This document shows positions 1-10,213 of a stretch of DNA of 64,000 bases, one piece after another. The stretch is from Alphaproteobacteria bacterium (GTDB lineage: Bacteria; Pseudomonadota; Alphaproteobacteria; GCA-2731375). Both the position numbers and the translations under genes were made by a program. A model generated the notes under the pieces. The model did no database searches and had not been told where the DNA came from. It saw only the letters and a program-made list of their open reading frames with translations. The stretch lies in contig JAJFGG010000066.1 in NCBI GenBank assembly GCA_021776235.1, positions 26,904 to 90,903 of the forward strand, given 5' to 3'. The first letter of the stretch is position 1. The number at the start of each line of letters is the position of its first letter.

Positions 1-320
1 TCGGCCACGGCCCGGCTGTTGGTGCCGGGCATGTTGCAAACGGTGATGCCCCGGGCGCGGGCGCTATCGAGATCGATGGTGTTGACGCCCACACCAATCT
101 TCTGGATCAGACGCAGTTTCGGTGCGGCGGCGATGACCTCGGCTGTGGCCGGTTGCAGCACGTGCCACAGAACGTCGGCGTCCGCCAGCAATTGGAACAG
201 TCGCGCATCGTCACCCTCGTCACAGGTATCGATCGTCAGCCAGTCACTCTCCGCGGCACGCAGGCGGGTGGAGATGCCGGCGCTTGCGGCATAGTGAAAA
301 ACCGCCTTCAATTTAGCCAT
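1..320 (-). CDS. D-isomer-specific 2-hydroxyacid dehydrogenase (5' part; runs off window start)
   Basis: Manual translation from ATG 320: MAKLKAVFH...APKLRLIQKIGVGVNTIDL...GITVCNMPGTNSRAVAE, the substrate-binding domain signature; not in the ORF track. Confidence 0.85.
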   Translation of the reverse strand, partial: MAKLKAVFHYAASAGISTRLRAAESDWLTIDTCDEGDDARLFQLLADADVLWHVLQPATAEVIAAAPKLRLIQKIGVGVNTIDLDSARARGITVCNMPGTNSRAVA

Positions 321-467
321 TCAATAGATCCTTCGCACGCGGTACCTATCGCGGGTGTGGCCCGCATTTATATCGTAGGGTATTACCGAATGATGGCAAA
401 TGGAGGATAGCCTGACGCCGGAATTATTTCCCGAACGGCGGCCATTACTAATGACCGTTGGTGTAAC

Positions 468-541
468 TGGAGCGGGCGAAGAGAATCGAACTCTCGTCTT
501 AAGCTTGGGAAGCTCCTGCTCTACCATTGAGCTACGCCCGC
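468..541 (-). tRNA. tRNA-Gly (anticodon CCC)
   Basis: Reverse complement GCGGGCGTAGCTCAATGGTAGAGCAGGAGCTTCCCAAGCTTAAGACGAGAGTTCGATTCTCTTCGCCCGCTCCA: cloverleaf, TTCGA T-loop, encoded CCA. Confidence 0.95.
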
Positions 542-748
542 CTGGGGGCTGTTTAACACAGACCAATAGAATGCGAAACGGCGTCTCCTGGCTGATTTTC
601 ATGCACGATAGTTCACAGTCTCGCGAGCGGGGGGGTCTGGACCGTTGACAATGGAGGGCCGTCTGTGAAACTTGGCCGCGGTCCGCAACGGGTGGGCAGG
701 GCGGCGGCCGTTGCGCTGCCGATGTTTCGTTGGTTTGAGGAGCAGTAA

Positions 749-1708
749 ATGAACGGTGCAATACCGGGTACAGTGCCCGCCGCGCTGGACAAGGCAAAGT
801 TTCATGATCCCCACCGTACCCTCGATGGTGAGCCACGCGCCGTTGTGACCCTGAGCAATCTGGAGACGCTTTGGTTCAATACCGGGACATTGTGTAACCT
901 GACCTGCACCAACTGCTACATCGAATCGAGTCCCAGCAACGACCGTCTCGCGTATTTGAGCGTAGCGGAGGTCGGCGCCGTACTGGACGAATTGCAAACT
1001 GACTGGCAAGCCCATGAAATCGGCTTTACCGGGGGTGAGCCGTTCATGAATCCCGATATTCTGGCGATGCTGGATAATGCCTTGGCGCGCGGCTACCGGG
1101 TCCTGGTTCTGACAAACGCCATGCGGCCCATGATGAAGCTGGCGGATGGTCTGTTGGCTTTGCAGGACAAATACGGCGATCAGCTCTGTCTGCGTGTATC
1201 CATGGACCATTATGCCCCTAACGTACACGAGTTGGAACGCGGCGCTCATAGTTGGCCGCCGATGCTCAAGGGGCTGACCTGGCTGGGCAAAAATGGTTTT
1301 GCTATCAACGTTGCCGGGAGGACCTTGTCGGGCGAGGACGAGGCCGGCTTGCGGCAGGGCTATGCCCGCCTGTTCGCAGCTCATGGCATTCCGATCGATG
1401 CCGCCGACCCAGGCGAATTGGTACTGTTTCCGGAGATGGACGACGCTCTGGATGTGCCCGAAATCACCTCTGCCTGTTGGGCTTTATTGAACGTTTCGCC
1501 GGATGCGATGATGTGCGCCACGTCGCGCATGGTGGTCAAGCATAAGGGTGATGCGCAGCTGACCGTGATGCCTTGTACTCTGTTGCCCTACGACGCGCGC
1601 TTCAAAATGGGCTCGACGCTGGCGGCTGCGAATGGCGCCGTCGCGCTGAACCACCCTCATTGTGCCCGGTTTTGCGTTTTGGGCGGCGGTTCCTGCAGCG
1701 CCGGATAA
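749..1708 (+). CDS. Radical SAM protein with Cys-rich C-terminus
   Basis: CNLTCTNC (CxxxCxxC), FTGGEP motif, C-terminal HPHCARFC..GGGSC. Confidence 0.85.
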   Translation: MNGAIPGTVPAALDKAKFHDPHRTLDGEPRAVVTLSNLETLWFNTGTLCNLTCTNCYIESSPSNDRLAYLSVAEVGAVLDELQTDWQAHEIGFTGGEPFMNPDILAMLDNALARGYRVLVLTNAMRPMMKLADGLLALQDKYGDQLCLRVSMDHYAPNVHELERGAHSWPPMLKGLTWLGKNGFAINVAGRTLSGEDEAGLRQGYARLFAAHGIPIDAADPGELVLFPEMDDALDVPEITSACWALLNVSPDAMMCATSRMVVKHKGDAQLTVMPCTLLPYDARFKMGSTLAAANGAVALNHPHCARFCVLGGGSCSAG

Positions 1709-1787
1709 ACCTTGATCGACCGTACGCCGAAACGCCGGGGCAGAATCCCTTATCGTGGCCTGCCGGTTCGGCTTATGATACGGCGCC

Positions 1788-2978
1788 ATGAGTTATGAAA
1801 AACCGTTTGCCGGACTGAATGTCCTGGATTTGAGCCAGGGCTATGCCGGCCCTTATTGTGCCGGGCTATTGGCCCAATATGGTGCCGATGTCATCAAGGT
1901 GGAACCGCCCGAGGGCGACTGGGCCCGGGGCCTCGGCCGGGTCTATGGCGACCAATCCACGATCTCGCTGGCCGCCAACCGGGGCAAGAAGAGCATCGTT
2001 CTGGATTTGAAATCTGCCGGCGGGCTGGCCGTTGCCCATGAACTGGCTGCCCGCTGCGACGTATTCATGGAAGGATTCCGTCCCGGCGTCTGCGCCCGCT
2101 TTGGCTTGGCCTATGACGATTTGCGAAAGGTCAATCCCGGGGTGATCTATCTGGCGGTGAGCGGTTTTGGCCATGACGGTCCCTATGCGCGGGAGGCGAG
2201 TACGGACACGGTGGCACAGGCCTTTTCCGGCCTGATGTCCGTCAATCGCGGCAATGATGACGTTCCCCACCGCGTCGGCCATTACATTGTCGATTGCGTG
2301 ACGGCGCTGTACGCCTATCAGGCCCTTTGCACCGCATTATATGCGCGCCGGGATGAGCCGGAGGGCCGCCTGATAGATTGCAGTTTGATGCAGGCAGCGG
2401 CAGCGGTGCAGACCTCCAAGATCGCGGATTTTCATTTGGAAGATGGCAAGCCGGTCGCCAATAATGCGCCTGCCGGCAGCTACAATACCCAGAATGGCTT
2501 TATCGCCATCACCCTGGTCAAGGAAGAGCAGTTTAGACAAATGTGTCTGGCCCTGGGCCAACCTGCCCTGGCCGACGATCTCCGTTACGTCGATTTTGCC
2601 AACCGGGCCGAGAATATGGATAGTCTGGGCCCGCTGTTGCAGGAGATCCTGTTGCAGCGTCCGGCGGCGGAATGGTCGGCACATTTCCGGGCCGCAGGGG
2701 TTCTGGCCCATCCGGTTGCGGATTATGGCGATTGGATGGCTGATCCACACGTCGTCGCAACCCAGGCTTTCGCGATGATAGGGCAACAGGGCGTCGGGCC
2801 GATGCCCGTGGCCCAAATCCCCGGCGCTGCCGCCATTGATCCGGATGATCCAGGCCAACAGGCGCCATTTCTGGGCCAGCATAGCCGGCTGATACTTGCA
2901 GAACTGGGTTATGACGACGAAAAAATTGCCGCGTTGGCGGCTGACGGCGCAGTGAGATTTTATGAGCATAAGGAGTAG
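1788..2978 (+). CDS. Class III CoA-transferase (CaiB/BaiF family)
   Basis: VLDLS..AGP, GADVIKVEPPEGD, NRGKKSIVLDLK, APFLGQH motifs. Confidence 0.9.
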   Translation: MSYEKPFAGLNVLDLSQGYAGPYCAGLLAQYGADVIKVEPPEGDWARGLGRVYGDQSTISLAANRGKKSIVLDLKSAGGLAVAHELAARCDVFMEGFRPGVCARFGLAYDDLRKVNPGVIYLAVSGFGHDGPYAREASTDTVAQAFSGLMSVNRGNDDVPHRVGHYIVDCVTALYAYQALCTALYARRDEPEGRLIDCSLMQAAAAVQTSKIADFHLEDGKPVANNAPAGSYNTQNGFIAITLVKEEQFRQMCLALGQPALADDLRYVDFANRAENMDSLGPLLQEILLQRPAAEWSAHFRAAGVLAHPVADYGDWMADPHVVATQAFAMIGQQGVGPMPVAQIPGAAAIDPDDPGQQAPFLGQHSRLILAELGYDDEKIAALAADGAVRFYEHKE

Positions 2979-2985
2979 AGGACCG

Positions 2986-3474
2986 ATGGGTAGCGAAGAA
3001 TTTGATCCTGCAAGACACCGGTTTACGGAGGCCAGGTATTTTGATGATCTGAGCATTGGCGAGCAGTTCTATATAAATTCGCGCACCGTGACGGACGCCC
3101 AGTTCAGCGCCTTTCAGGCGGCCTCGGGGGACAATCACCCAATCCATTATGATGTGGAATATTGCAAGGCTCTTGGCCATCCCGGCCTGCTGGCGCATGG
3201 CTTTCAGGTGTTGATACAAAGCGCTGCGGGCGCCGGTGTTTTCCCTCATGTAATGGGCGAGGCACTGGTCGGCTTCATCGAACAATCCAGCCGGTTTCTA
3301 AAGCCGGTCTATGCCGGCGACACCCTGTATCCGATGCTGACTATTCTGGAATTGAAGCCGCAGCGCAGCACCGGCGTGGTTGTCGTTGGCTCGACGATAC
3401 ACAATCAAAGGCGTGAATTGGTCATGGAAGGCGAACAGCGTTATCTGGTGCGTAGACGCAATCCGGACGAATAG
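2986..3474 (+). CDS. MaoC-family dehydratase
   Basis: SGDNHPIH, AHG, FLKPVYAGDTL hot-dog fold motifs; ATG 2986 follows the upstream stop. Confidence 0.88.
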   Translation: MGSEEFDPARHRFTEARYFDDLSIGEQFYINSRTVTDAQFSAFQAASGDNHPIHYDVEYCKALGHPGLLAHGFQVLIQSAAGAGVFPHVMGEALVGFIEQSSRFLKPVYAGDTLYPMLTILELKPQRSTGVVVVGSTIHNQRRELVMEGEQRYLVRRRNPDE

Positions 3475-3485
3475 CGGCGGTCAGC

Positions 3486-4934
3486 ATGGGTGAATATCGG
3501 GCGGTTTTTCTGGTCAACGGCATAATGCTGTTGATCCTGGGCATCGCAATGATGGTGCCGGTACTGCTGGATGCGCGGGTTGATCACCCGGATTGGCAGG
3601 TTTTCCTGGCGGCGGCATTTTTGACGGCCTTCGTCGGTGCCGGTATCAGCATCACCTGTTGGGGTAGCGGCGGGGATTTGCACTTACGGCAGGCCTTTGT
3701 CCTGACCACCACTGTCTGGATCGTGACACCCACCTTCGCGGCCCTTCCCTTTGCCTTTTCCGATCTCAATCTCAGCTACACGGACGCCTTTTTTGAAGCC
3801 ATGTCGGGCATCACGACCACTGGCTCCACAGTGATTTCCGGATTGGAGGATGCGCCGCCGGGTATTCTGATCTGGCGGGCTTTGCTGCAATGGATGGGTG
3901 GCATCGGCATTATTGTGACCGCCATCGCGATCCTGCCCTTATTGCAGGTTGGCGGCATGCAGCTGTTCCAAATGGAAACATCAGATGCGTCAGAAAAGGT
4001 ATTGCCGCGCACGGCGCAGATCGCGGGGACCATCAGCATCATTTATCTATCCCTTTCCGTTCTCTGCGCGCTGGTCTACTGGGCCGCCGGGATGCCGCCG
4101 TTCGACGCCGCCGCCCATGCCATGACCACGATTGCGACCGGCGGTTTTTCCACTTCCGATGGGTCCATTGGGATCTATGACAGCGCCCTGATCGACTATA
4201 CCGCGACCGCCTTCATGATCATCGGCAGCCTGCCTTTCCTGCTGTATTTTCAGGTGGCGCGCGGCCGGCCCCTGGCGCTTTGGCGCGACAGTCAGGTGCG
4301 TTGGTTCTTTGCCATATTGTTCGCCGCGATTGCTGGCATGACCTTGTGGCAGGTGGGTGGCAATGAACTGCCATTCGGCGAAGCCCTGCGCTTTACCACC
4401 TTCAACGTTACTTCAATATTGACCGGCACGGGCTATGCCACCGACGATTATAGCCAGTGGGGCGGTTTCGCGGTTGTGATGTTCTTCTTTGTCATGTTCA
4501 TTGGCGGCTGTGCTGGTTCAACCTCGTGCGGCATCAAGATCTTCCGTTTCCAGGTGCTCTATGCAGCGGCCCGCACCCAGATGGGCGCCCTGTTGCAGCC
4601 CCACGGCGTTTTCGTTGCCAACTTCAACCGCCGGCCCATACCCGAATCGGTGATGGATTCGGTCATGAGCTTCTTTTTCCTGTTTGCCCTAAGCTTTGCC
4701 TTTCTGGCCGTGGCGCTCAGCCTGATGGGACTGGACTTTCTGACCGCCGTATCCGGCGCCGCCACCGCGATTGCCAATGTCGGCCCCGGCCTGGGCAGCG
4801 TCATCGGGCCTTCGGGCACGTTTGCCCCGCTGCCGGACATGGCAAAATGGCTTCTGGCGGCAGGCATGTTGCTGGGCCGTCTGGAGCTGTTAACGGTGAT
4901 GGTCTTGTTTACCCGCACCTTCTGGCGCGGTTAG
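3486..4934 (+). CDS. trkH: Trk system potassium uptake protein
   Basis: FFEAMSGITTTG, TTIATGGFS, GGCAGST, ANVGPG, GRLE selectivity-filter motifs. Confidence 0.93.
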   Translation: MGEYRAVFLVNGIMLLILGIAMMVPVLLDARVDHPDWQVFLAAAFLTAFVGAGISITCWGSGGDLHLRQAFVLTTTVWIVTPTFAALPFAFSDLNLSYTDAFFEAMSGITTTGSTVISGLEDAPPGILIWRALLQWMGGIGIIVTAIAILPLLQVGGMQLFQMETSDASEKVLPRTAQIAGTISIIYLSLSVLCALVYWAAGMPPFDAAAHAMTTIATGGFSTSDGSIGIYDSALIDYTATAFMIIGSLPFLLYFQVARGRPLALWRDSQVRWFFAILFAAIAGMTLWQVGGNELPFGEALRFTTFNVTSILTGTGYATDDYSQWGGFAVVMFFFVMFIGGCAGSTSCGIKIFRFQVLYAAARTQMGALLQPHGVFVANFNRRPIPESVMDSVMSFFFLFALSFAFLAVALSLMGLDFLTAVSGAATAIANVGPGLGSVIGPSGTFAPLPDMAKWLLAAGMLLGRLELLTVMVLFTRTFWRG

Positions 4935-5085
4935 ACCAGTTTCGATACTCATCGAATCAGATTAACCACGACATGCTCTAACTATTGCCGCTCACGCTCG
5001 TGCGCCAAAGCGCGCCGCTCCGCGTGGGCGGTGCATCAGCGCCGGGCCGCCGTCGCGGCCTGGATTGTGTAATTCGAAATCGAAT
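4932..5085 (-). repeat. Intergenic repeat family A, copy 1 (REP/MITE-like)
   Basis: 5039-5060 is the reverse complement of GGCCGCGACGGCGGCCCGGCGC, also at 41046-41067 and 43620-43641; similarity extends about 80-100 bp. Confidence 0.8.
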
Positions 5086-5090
5086 TCGGT

Positions 5091-5150
5091 CTGGTGTCCT
5101 GGGTCAGAAGTATGTCCTGAACATGACGTGCTTCTGACCCAGGACACCAG
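5091..5150. repeat. 20-bp perfect inverted repeat (repeat family B; possible bidirectional terminator)
   Basis: CTGGTGTCCTGGGTCAGAAG (5091-5110) / CTTCTGACCCAGGACACCAG (5131-5150), between convergent genes. Confidence 0.75.
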
Positions 5151-5162
5151 GATATTTCCGGG

Positions 5163-6542
5163 CTATTCAAAAACCTGCGCCGGCAGCCATTGGGCCAGGC
5201 GCGGAAAGCTCATGACGAGTGCGATGACCGTCAGTTGCGCGCCCACAATGGGAAGGATGCCCCAGTAAATATCGGTGATTTTGACCTGGGGTGGTGCAGC
5301 GCCTTTGAGGAAAAATAACGCGAAGCCGAAAGGCGGCGTCAAGAATGATGTTTGCAGGGTCAGGGCAATCAAGGTCGCCATCCAGAGGGCCGTGCCCATG
5401 TTATCGCCGGCATGGGCGGCGAAATCCAAATCGGACAGCACCGGCAGGAACAGGGGCAATGTAATGATTGTGATCTCGATCCAGTCGATAAAAAACCCCA
5501 AGACAAATATGATGCCGATGATGGTGAGAAGCATGCCCCAATCACCCAGGGCCAGCCCCTGCAGCATGCCGCTGACGACCTCGTCGCCACTGAAAAAGCG
5601 GAACGGATAGGAAAAGACGTTGGCGGCCAGAACAACGAAGAAGACCATGGCTGTCATCAGTGCCGTGCCTTCCACGACCTCGCGGAACAGGGGCCAGGTC
5701 AACCGGCCGTTCAAAAGCATCAGCAGGATGCCGCCCGCCGCACCCACGGCGCCTGACTGGGGCGGTGTGGCCCAGGCGAATATGATTGACCCCAAGACCA
5801 GAAAAATTAGACCGGCCGGCAACACCAGGCCCCGCACGTAGAAACCAAGCCATTGCCAGGACGTCCAGCCATGGCTCCAGTCCGACCCCACGCTTTCGTG
5901 CAGCGCCTTTGGCGGCGACCGCCATGCGGCCAGCATGTAGTAAAACAGGTACAGTGCGACCAGAATGGCTGCCGGCCACATGGTGGCAAGGAACATGTGC
6001 CCGATTGACACGCCCAACTTGCCGGCCAGAAAAAACAGCATGATCGCAGGCGGCAAAATAAGGCCCAGGGTTCCCGCCGCAGCTACGACACCACTGGCCA
6101 GGGCCGGGCGATAGCCCTGTTCCAGCATGGTCGGCAAGGCGATCAGGGCCAGGGTCGCGACCGAGGCGCCGACGACCCCTGCCGTGGGTGCGAGCAGGAT
6201 GCCCAAAAAGGTCACGGCGATGGCCATGCCCGCCGGCACCCGTCCAAGCAAATGCTGCAGACACAATAACAGATCGCGGGCAATGCCGCTTTTCTCCAAC
6301 GCCATGCCCATGAACAACAGCATGGGCACCGTGGGATAGATCAGGCTGCCATTGATGCTGCCGTATATGCGCAACGGCACGTTCAACAGGGCGATCCACG
6401 GCATCTCTCCCAGGGCGATGCCGATCAGGCAAAACCCGACGCCCAGGCCGGCCAGCAGCACCGCCACCGGCAGACCGGAAAAGATCAAAATCGCCAACGA
6501 GGCCAGCATGAGATAGGGCAGGATATCGACGAATTCCGGCAT
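5163..6542 (-). CDS. dctM: TRAP transporter large permease (DctM family)
   Basis: AAGTLGLILPPAI, LGFFIDWIEI, LQTSFLTPPFGFALFFLKG; start taken as ATG 6542 (MPEFVD), 5 nt after the upstream stop. Confidence 0.88.
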   Translation of the reverse strand: MPEFVDILPYLMLASLAILIFSGLPVAVLLAGLGVGFCLIGIALGEMPWIALLNVPLRIYGSINGSLIYPTVPMLLFMGMALEKSGIARDLLLCLQHLLGRVPAGMAIAVTFLGILLAPTAGVVGASVATLALIALPTMLEQGYRPALASGVVAAAGTLGLILPPAIMLFFLAGKLGVSIGHMFLATMWPAAILVALYLFYYMLAAWRSPPKALHESVGSDWSHGWTSWQWLGFYVRGLVLPAGLIFLVLGSIIFAWATPPQSGAVGAAGGILLMLLNGRLTWPLFREVVEGTALMTAMVFFVVLAANVFSYPFRFFSGDEVVSGMLQGLALGDWGMLLTIIGIIFVLGFFIDWIEITIITLPLFLPVLSDLDFAAHAGDNMGTALWMATLIALTLQTSFLTPPFGFALFFLKGAAPPQVKITDIYWGILPIVGAQLTVIALVMSFPRLAQWLPAQVFE

Positions 6543-6547
6543 GGCTT

Positions 6548-9500
6548 TCAGTCTTTGGCGCGGCGTTGCGCCAAATTGCGCACGGCTGCGACGATTGCCG
6601 CCAGCAGAAACAGGCCCAGGCCAAAGGGCATGGCGCCTTTCAATAGCCATCGCCACGGCCCGCCAAGGGTCAGCGCCAGTCTCTCGCCGTCATCGAAGCT
6701 GTTAATCGCATAGTCGATGCCAAAATAGAGAACCACCATTACAAACGGCAGCATGAGCAAGAGCAGACCCAGCAGTTCTATGCGGCCCTGCATTGCCGGC
6801 GACAGGCGTTCCCTGATGACATCGACCCGGACATGGGCGCCGCGAATGTAGGCATAGCCCAGGGTCAGCAGGACCAGGAACACGAACAGTTCCCATTCCA
6901 GGTATTGCGGCAGGGACAAAGCGGCGTTGAATACCTTACGGGCGACAATCTCGTAGACACGCACACCGATCATCGCCGGCAGAATGATCAGGGCGCTCCA
7001 GAATCCGATGCCGCAGATGGCGCGGTCAATGGCGCTCAGGATAAGCAAAAGGCGTTCCCGGCTGGAAGCCGCACGAAAGGCGGCCCAGCGCCGCCGCCGG
7101 GGGCCCTGCACGCGCCGGTGCCGGAGCATTTTCTGAATATCCAGTTGTATGGCAAGCAAGGACGGGACCACCAGCAGAACCAAGAGCGTGGCAACGGCAA
7201 GGCCGAAAATCAGGGTTATGGCCATGGGTATAAGAAACTGCGCCTGCAGGCTGGTTTCAAACAACAACGGTGTCAGGCCGCCGATTGTGGTCAACGAGGT
7301 CAGCAGAACGGCGCGCAGCCGGTCCTGGCTGCCGGCTATGATGGCCTGAAAGCTGTCTTCGCCGGCGGCAATACTTTCATCGATGGTGGAAACCAGAATG
7401 ATGGAATCGTTAACCAGTATGCCGGACAGACCCAACAGGCCGACCAGGGTCAGCAAGCTCAAATCAAATCCCAGCAGCAGATGCCCCATGACCGCCCCGA
7501 CGATGCCAAACGGGATAACGGCCATCACCACGACGGGCCGGACATAGCTGGAGAAAACCCAGGCCAGGATGACATAGATCGCAGCCAGGCCGATCAGGGC
7601 GCCCAGCCGCATATCGGCCATGGTGCGGGCCTGTTCTTCAGCCCGTCCAGCGAAGCTGTACTGCAGACCGTATTGCCGGGCAATGCTGGGCAATTCGCTG
7701 TCTTCAAGTGCTTCCAGCAACTTGCCCATGCTAATTTCGCTTACGTCCAACTCGCCTGTGATGGCGGCCTCGCGCAGGCCGTCCTGGCGCCGGATGCGTG
7801 CGAATCCGGCGTCTTCCCGCATGGATACCACTTCGCTCAGGGGAACATCGACGCCGCTGGGGCCGCGAAGATACAGGTTCAACAGGTCTTCGGTCGTGAT
7901 CGCACCGCGCTCATATTGCACCTTTACCGTGACTTCCTCGTCGCCCCGGGGAAAACGCTTGGCGATGGCACCTTGAAACGCCGCCCGCACCTGTCGGCCC
8001 ACGCTGTCCGTCGAAAAACCAAGAGCCCGCCCACGCGGCGTCAATTCCAGGATCACTTCCTGCTTGCCGTATGGCAGATCATCCTCAACGTCACTGACGC
8101 CGGGGAAACGTTGCAGCAGGGTCTTCACCTCGTGTGTGGCGGCCTTCAGATCGCGGGTGGTGCCGCCCTGTAAACGAATATCGATCTCCTTCCCAGGCGG
8201 CCCGCCTCTGCGTGCATTCAAGTTGATGCGATCCACACCTGGCTGCCGTTGGATGCGCTGGCGCCAGGTCTCGATAAAATCCGGCATGCGGATCTGGCGA
8301 TGATCGGACGGTATCAATTCCACATAAAGGCCACCGTATTTGTCTCCTCGCACGCTGTAAAACTCGGCGGCTTGAGATTTGCCGAGACTGCCGAAGGTGG
8401 AATGGATCAGCGGCTCGCTGGCCACGGACGTGCCTGGGGACTGCGTCGCCGCCTCGCGCGCGGCCCGCTCCAACTCGTGCACCATGGCCTCTGTCCGGGC
8501 GCGCGGCGTTCCGGGCATCATCACTACGTTGCCATAGACAATGTTGCCTTCGGGTGTGGGAAAAAATTGAAAGCCAATCCGCCCGCCGCCAATTATACCC
8601 AGGGCAATGATCAGAGCGGCGACGGCGCAGGCCACGGTCAAGTACCGCCATTGTATGCAGGCAACTAGAAAAGGTCGGTATCCACGGCTGCGAAACTGAT
8701 CAAACTGACGGTTGAACCAGGCACGTGCCCGAGACTCCTGCTGGTTCGCCTGACCCAACGCGCCACGCAAATGACCCGGCAAAATCAGAAAACATTCAAG
8801 CAGACTGGCGACCAGAACAGAAACCGTGACCAGGGGAATGGCGCTCAAGATAGTGCCGATGATACCACCGATGATGATCAGCGGCAAAAAGGCGGCAATA
8901 GTGGTCAGGGAAGACGCCACCACCGGCGCCAACATGCGCAAGGCGCCCTCTTCGGCCGCTTGCCGGGCACTCAGTCCAGTGGCGCGGCGCGTGGCGGCAT
9001 GCTCGCCAACCACAATAGCGTCGTCAACGATAATGCCGAGCGTCATTATCAGTGCGAACAGACTGACCATGTTGATGGATTGCCCGGTCAGCAGCATCAC
9101 GCCCGTTGTCGCCAGCAGCGCGACCGGAATTCCGGCTGCGACCCAAATGGCCACACGCAAATTCAAAAAGATGAACAAGATGATCACGACCAGCGCCAGG
9201 CCGCCAACGCCATTTTTCAATAGTATAGCGATACGCTCGCTGATCAGGCCAGCTTGTACATCGTAATGTTCCAACTTCAGGGTCGGCGGCAGAGTCTGGC
9301 GCAGTTCCGCCAAATAACGCTCAACCGCGGCGGCAGCCTCCAGCGCATCTGCGCCAACAGCGCGTTTGACATGCAACTCGATCGCCCGGTCCTTGGCCAG
9401 GCGGCCTTCCACGGCATCTGCGTCGAAGGCTTCGTGTACACCCGCAATATCGCGTAGGCGTATCTTTTCACCGTTTGGCAGGGAGCGGATTTCTATATCG

Positions 9501-10213
9501 CCGAGGCCGGTGGCGGAGGTTTCAAGGCCCAGGCTGCGAATTTGCTTTTCAACCTGGCCTTCTATATTGCCCGACGGCAGATCCTGGCTGCGGTCACGAA
9601 TGCGATCTGCCACGTCACTCAGGCTCAAGCCCAGACGGCGCAAGGTTTGCGGCGTCATATCGACCCATATTTCCTCGTCCCTGGCGCCATACAACAGGAC
9701 CTGATCGATGCCGCGGGCCAGCAGTCCCTCGCGAATTCGCTTGGCGATGGCCTTTAGGGCGCTTTCACTAAACGGGCCGGAAACGGCAATGCGCGATATG
9801 GTGTCGTAGCGGGTGACCCGGCGAATAATTGGGGTTTCGCTGCCGGCGGGCAAGGTCGTGACCTGGGCGACGGCCGAAACCACATCCGCGCGTCCGGCCT
9901 GCATATCGCTGCCCGCGTTGAATTGCACCAAGACCGTTCCCGATCCCTCGACCGCGAATGAAATGATGTGATCCACGTTATTGAGATAACGGACTTCAGG
10001 CTCGATGGCGGTGACGATGTTGCCTTCAATGTCGCTCGCACTGGCGCCCGGCCAGGCGACAGTGACCGACACCATATCGATACCGAAATCCGGGAAGAAC
10101 TGTGTATTCAAGCGGGATAAAGACACTGCGCCAAGAACCAGCATGACCACCATCAACAGGTTGGCGGCATTGCGGTGACGGACAAACAATTTGACCAGAT
10201 CGGCGGGGTTCAT
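6548..10213 (-). CDS. AcrB/AcrD/AcrF-family RND permease with C-terminal fused TRAP small subunit (DctQ-like) domain
   Basis: RND motifs GIIVDDAIVVGE and RLRAVLLTSLTT; last ~165 aa are 4-TM DctQ-like (YEIVARKVFN, LEWELF, GAHVRVD, RWLLKGAMPFG). Confidence 0.85.
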   Translation of the reverse strand: MNPADLVKLFVRHRNAANLLMVVMLVLGAVSLSRLNTQFFPDFGIDMVSVTVAWPGASASDIEGNIVTAIEPEVRYLNNVDHIISFAVEGSGTVLVQFNAGSDMQAGRADVVSAVAQVTTLPAGSETPIIRRVTRYDTISRIAVSGPFSESALKAIAKRIREGLLARGIDQVLLYGARDEEIWVDMTPQTLRRLGLSLSDVADRIRDRSQDLPSGNIEGQVEKQIRSLGLETSATGLGDIEIRSLPNGEKIRLRDIAGVHEAFDADAVEGRLAKDRAIELHVKRAVGADALEAAAAVERYLAELRQTLPPTLKLEHYDVQAGLISERIAILLKNGVGGLALVVIILFIFLNLRVAIWVAAGIPVALLATTGVMLLTGQSINMVSLFALIMTLGIIVDDAIVVGEHAATRRATGLSARQAAEEGALRMLAPVVASSLTTIAAFLPLIIIGGIIGTILSAIPLVTVSVLVASLLECFLILPGHLRGALGQANQQESRARAWFNRQFDQFRSRGYRPFLVACIQWRYLTVACAVAALIIALGIIGGGRIGFQFFPTPEGNIVYGNVVMMPGTPRARTEAMVHELERAAREAATQSPGTSVASEPLIHSTFGSLGKSQAAEFYSVRGDKYGGLYVELIPSDHRQIRMPDFIETWRQRIQRQPGVDRINLNARRGGPPGKEIDIRLQGGTTRDLKAATHEVKTLLQRFPGVSDVEDDLPYGKQEVILELTPRGRALGFSTDSVGRQVRAAFQGAIAKRFPRGDEEVTVKVQYERGAITTEDLLNLYLRGPSGVDVPLSEVVSMREDAGFARIRRQDGLREAAITGELDVSEISMGKLLEALEDSELPSIARQYGLQYSFAGRAEEQARTMADMRLGALIGLAAIYVILAWVFSSYVRPVVVMAVIPFGIVGAVMGHLLLGFDLSLLTLVGLLGLSGILVNDSIILVSTIDESIAAGEDSFQAIIAGSQDRLRAVLLTSLTTIGGLTPLLFETSLQAQFLIPMAITLIFGLAVATLLVLLVVPSLLAIQLDIQKMLRHRRVQGPRRRRWAAFRAASSRERLLLILSAIDRAICGIGFWSALIILPAMIGVRVYEIVARKVFNAALSLPQYLEWELFVFLVLLTLGYAYIRGAHVRVDVIRERLSPAMQGRIELLGLLLLMLPFVMVVLYFGIDYAINSFDDGERLALTLGGPWRWLLKGAMPFGLGLFLLAAIVAAVRNLAQRRAKD

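Noticed and set aside
468..541. tRNA-Gly as an island attachment site
   Set aside because: No duplicated 3' end or integrase seen; flanks look like ordinary metabolic genes
6833..8173. Long antisense ORFs (also 20883-21851, 36383-37315, 62162-63388)
   Set aside because: Shadow frames of real genes in GC-rich DNA; no recognisable motifs
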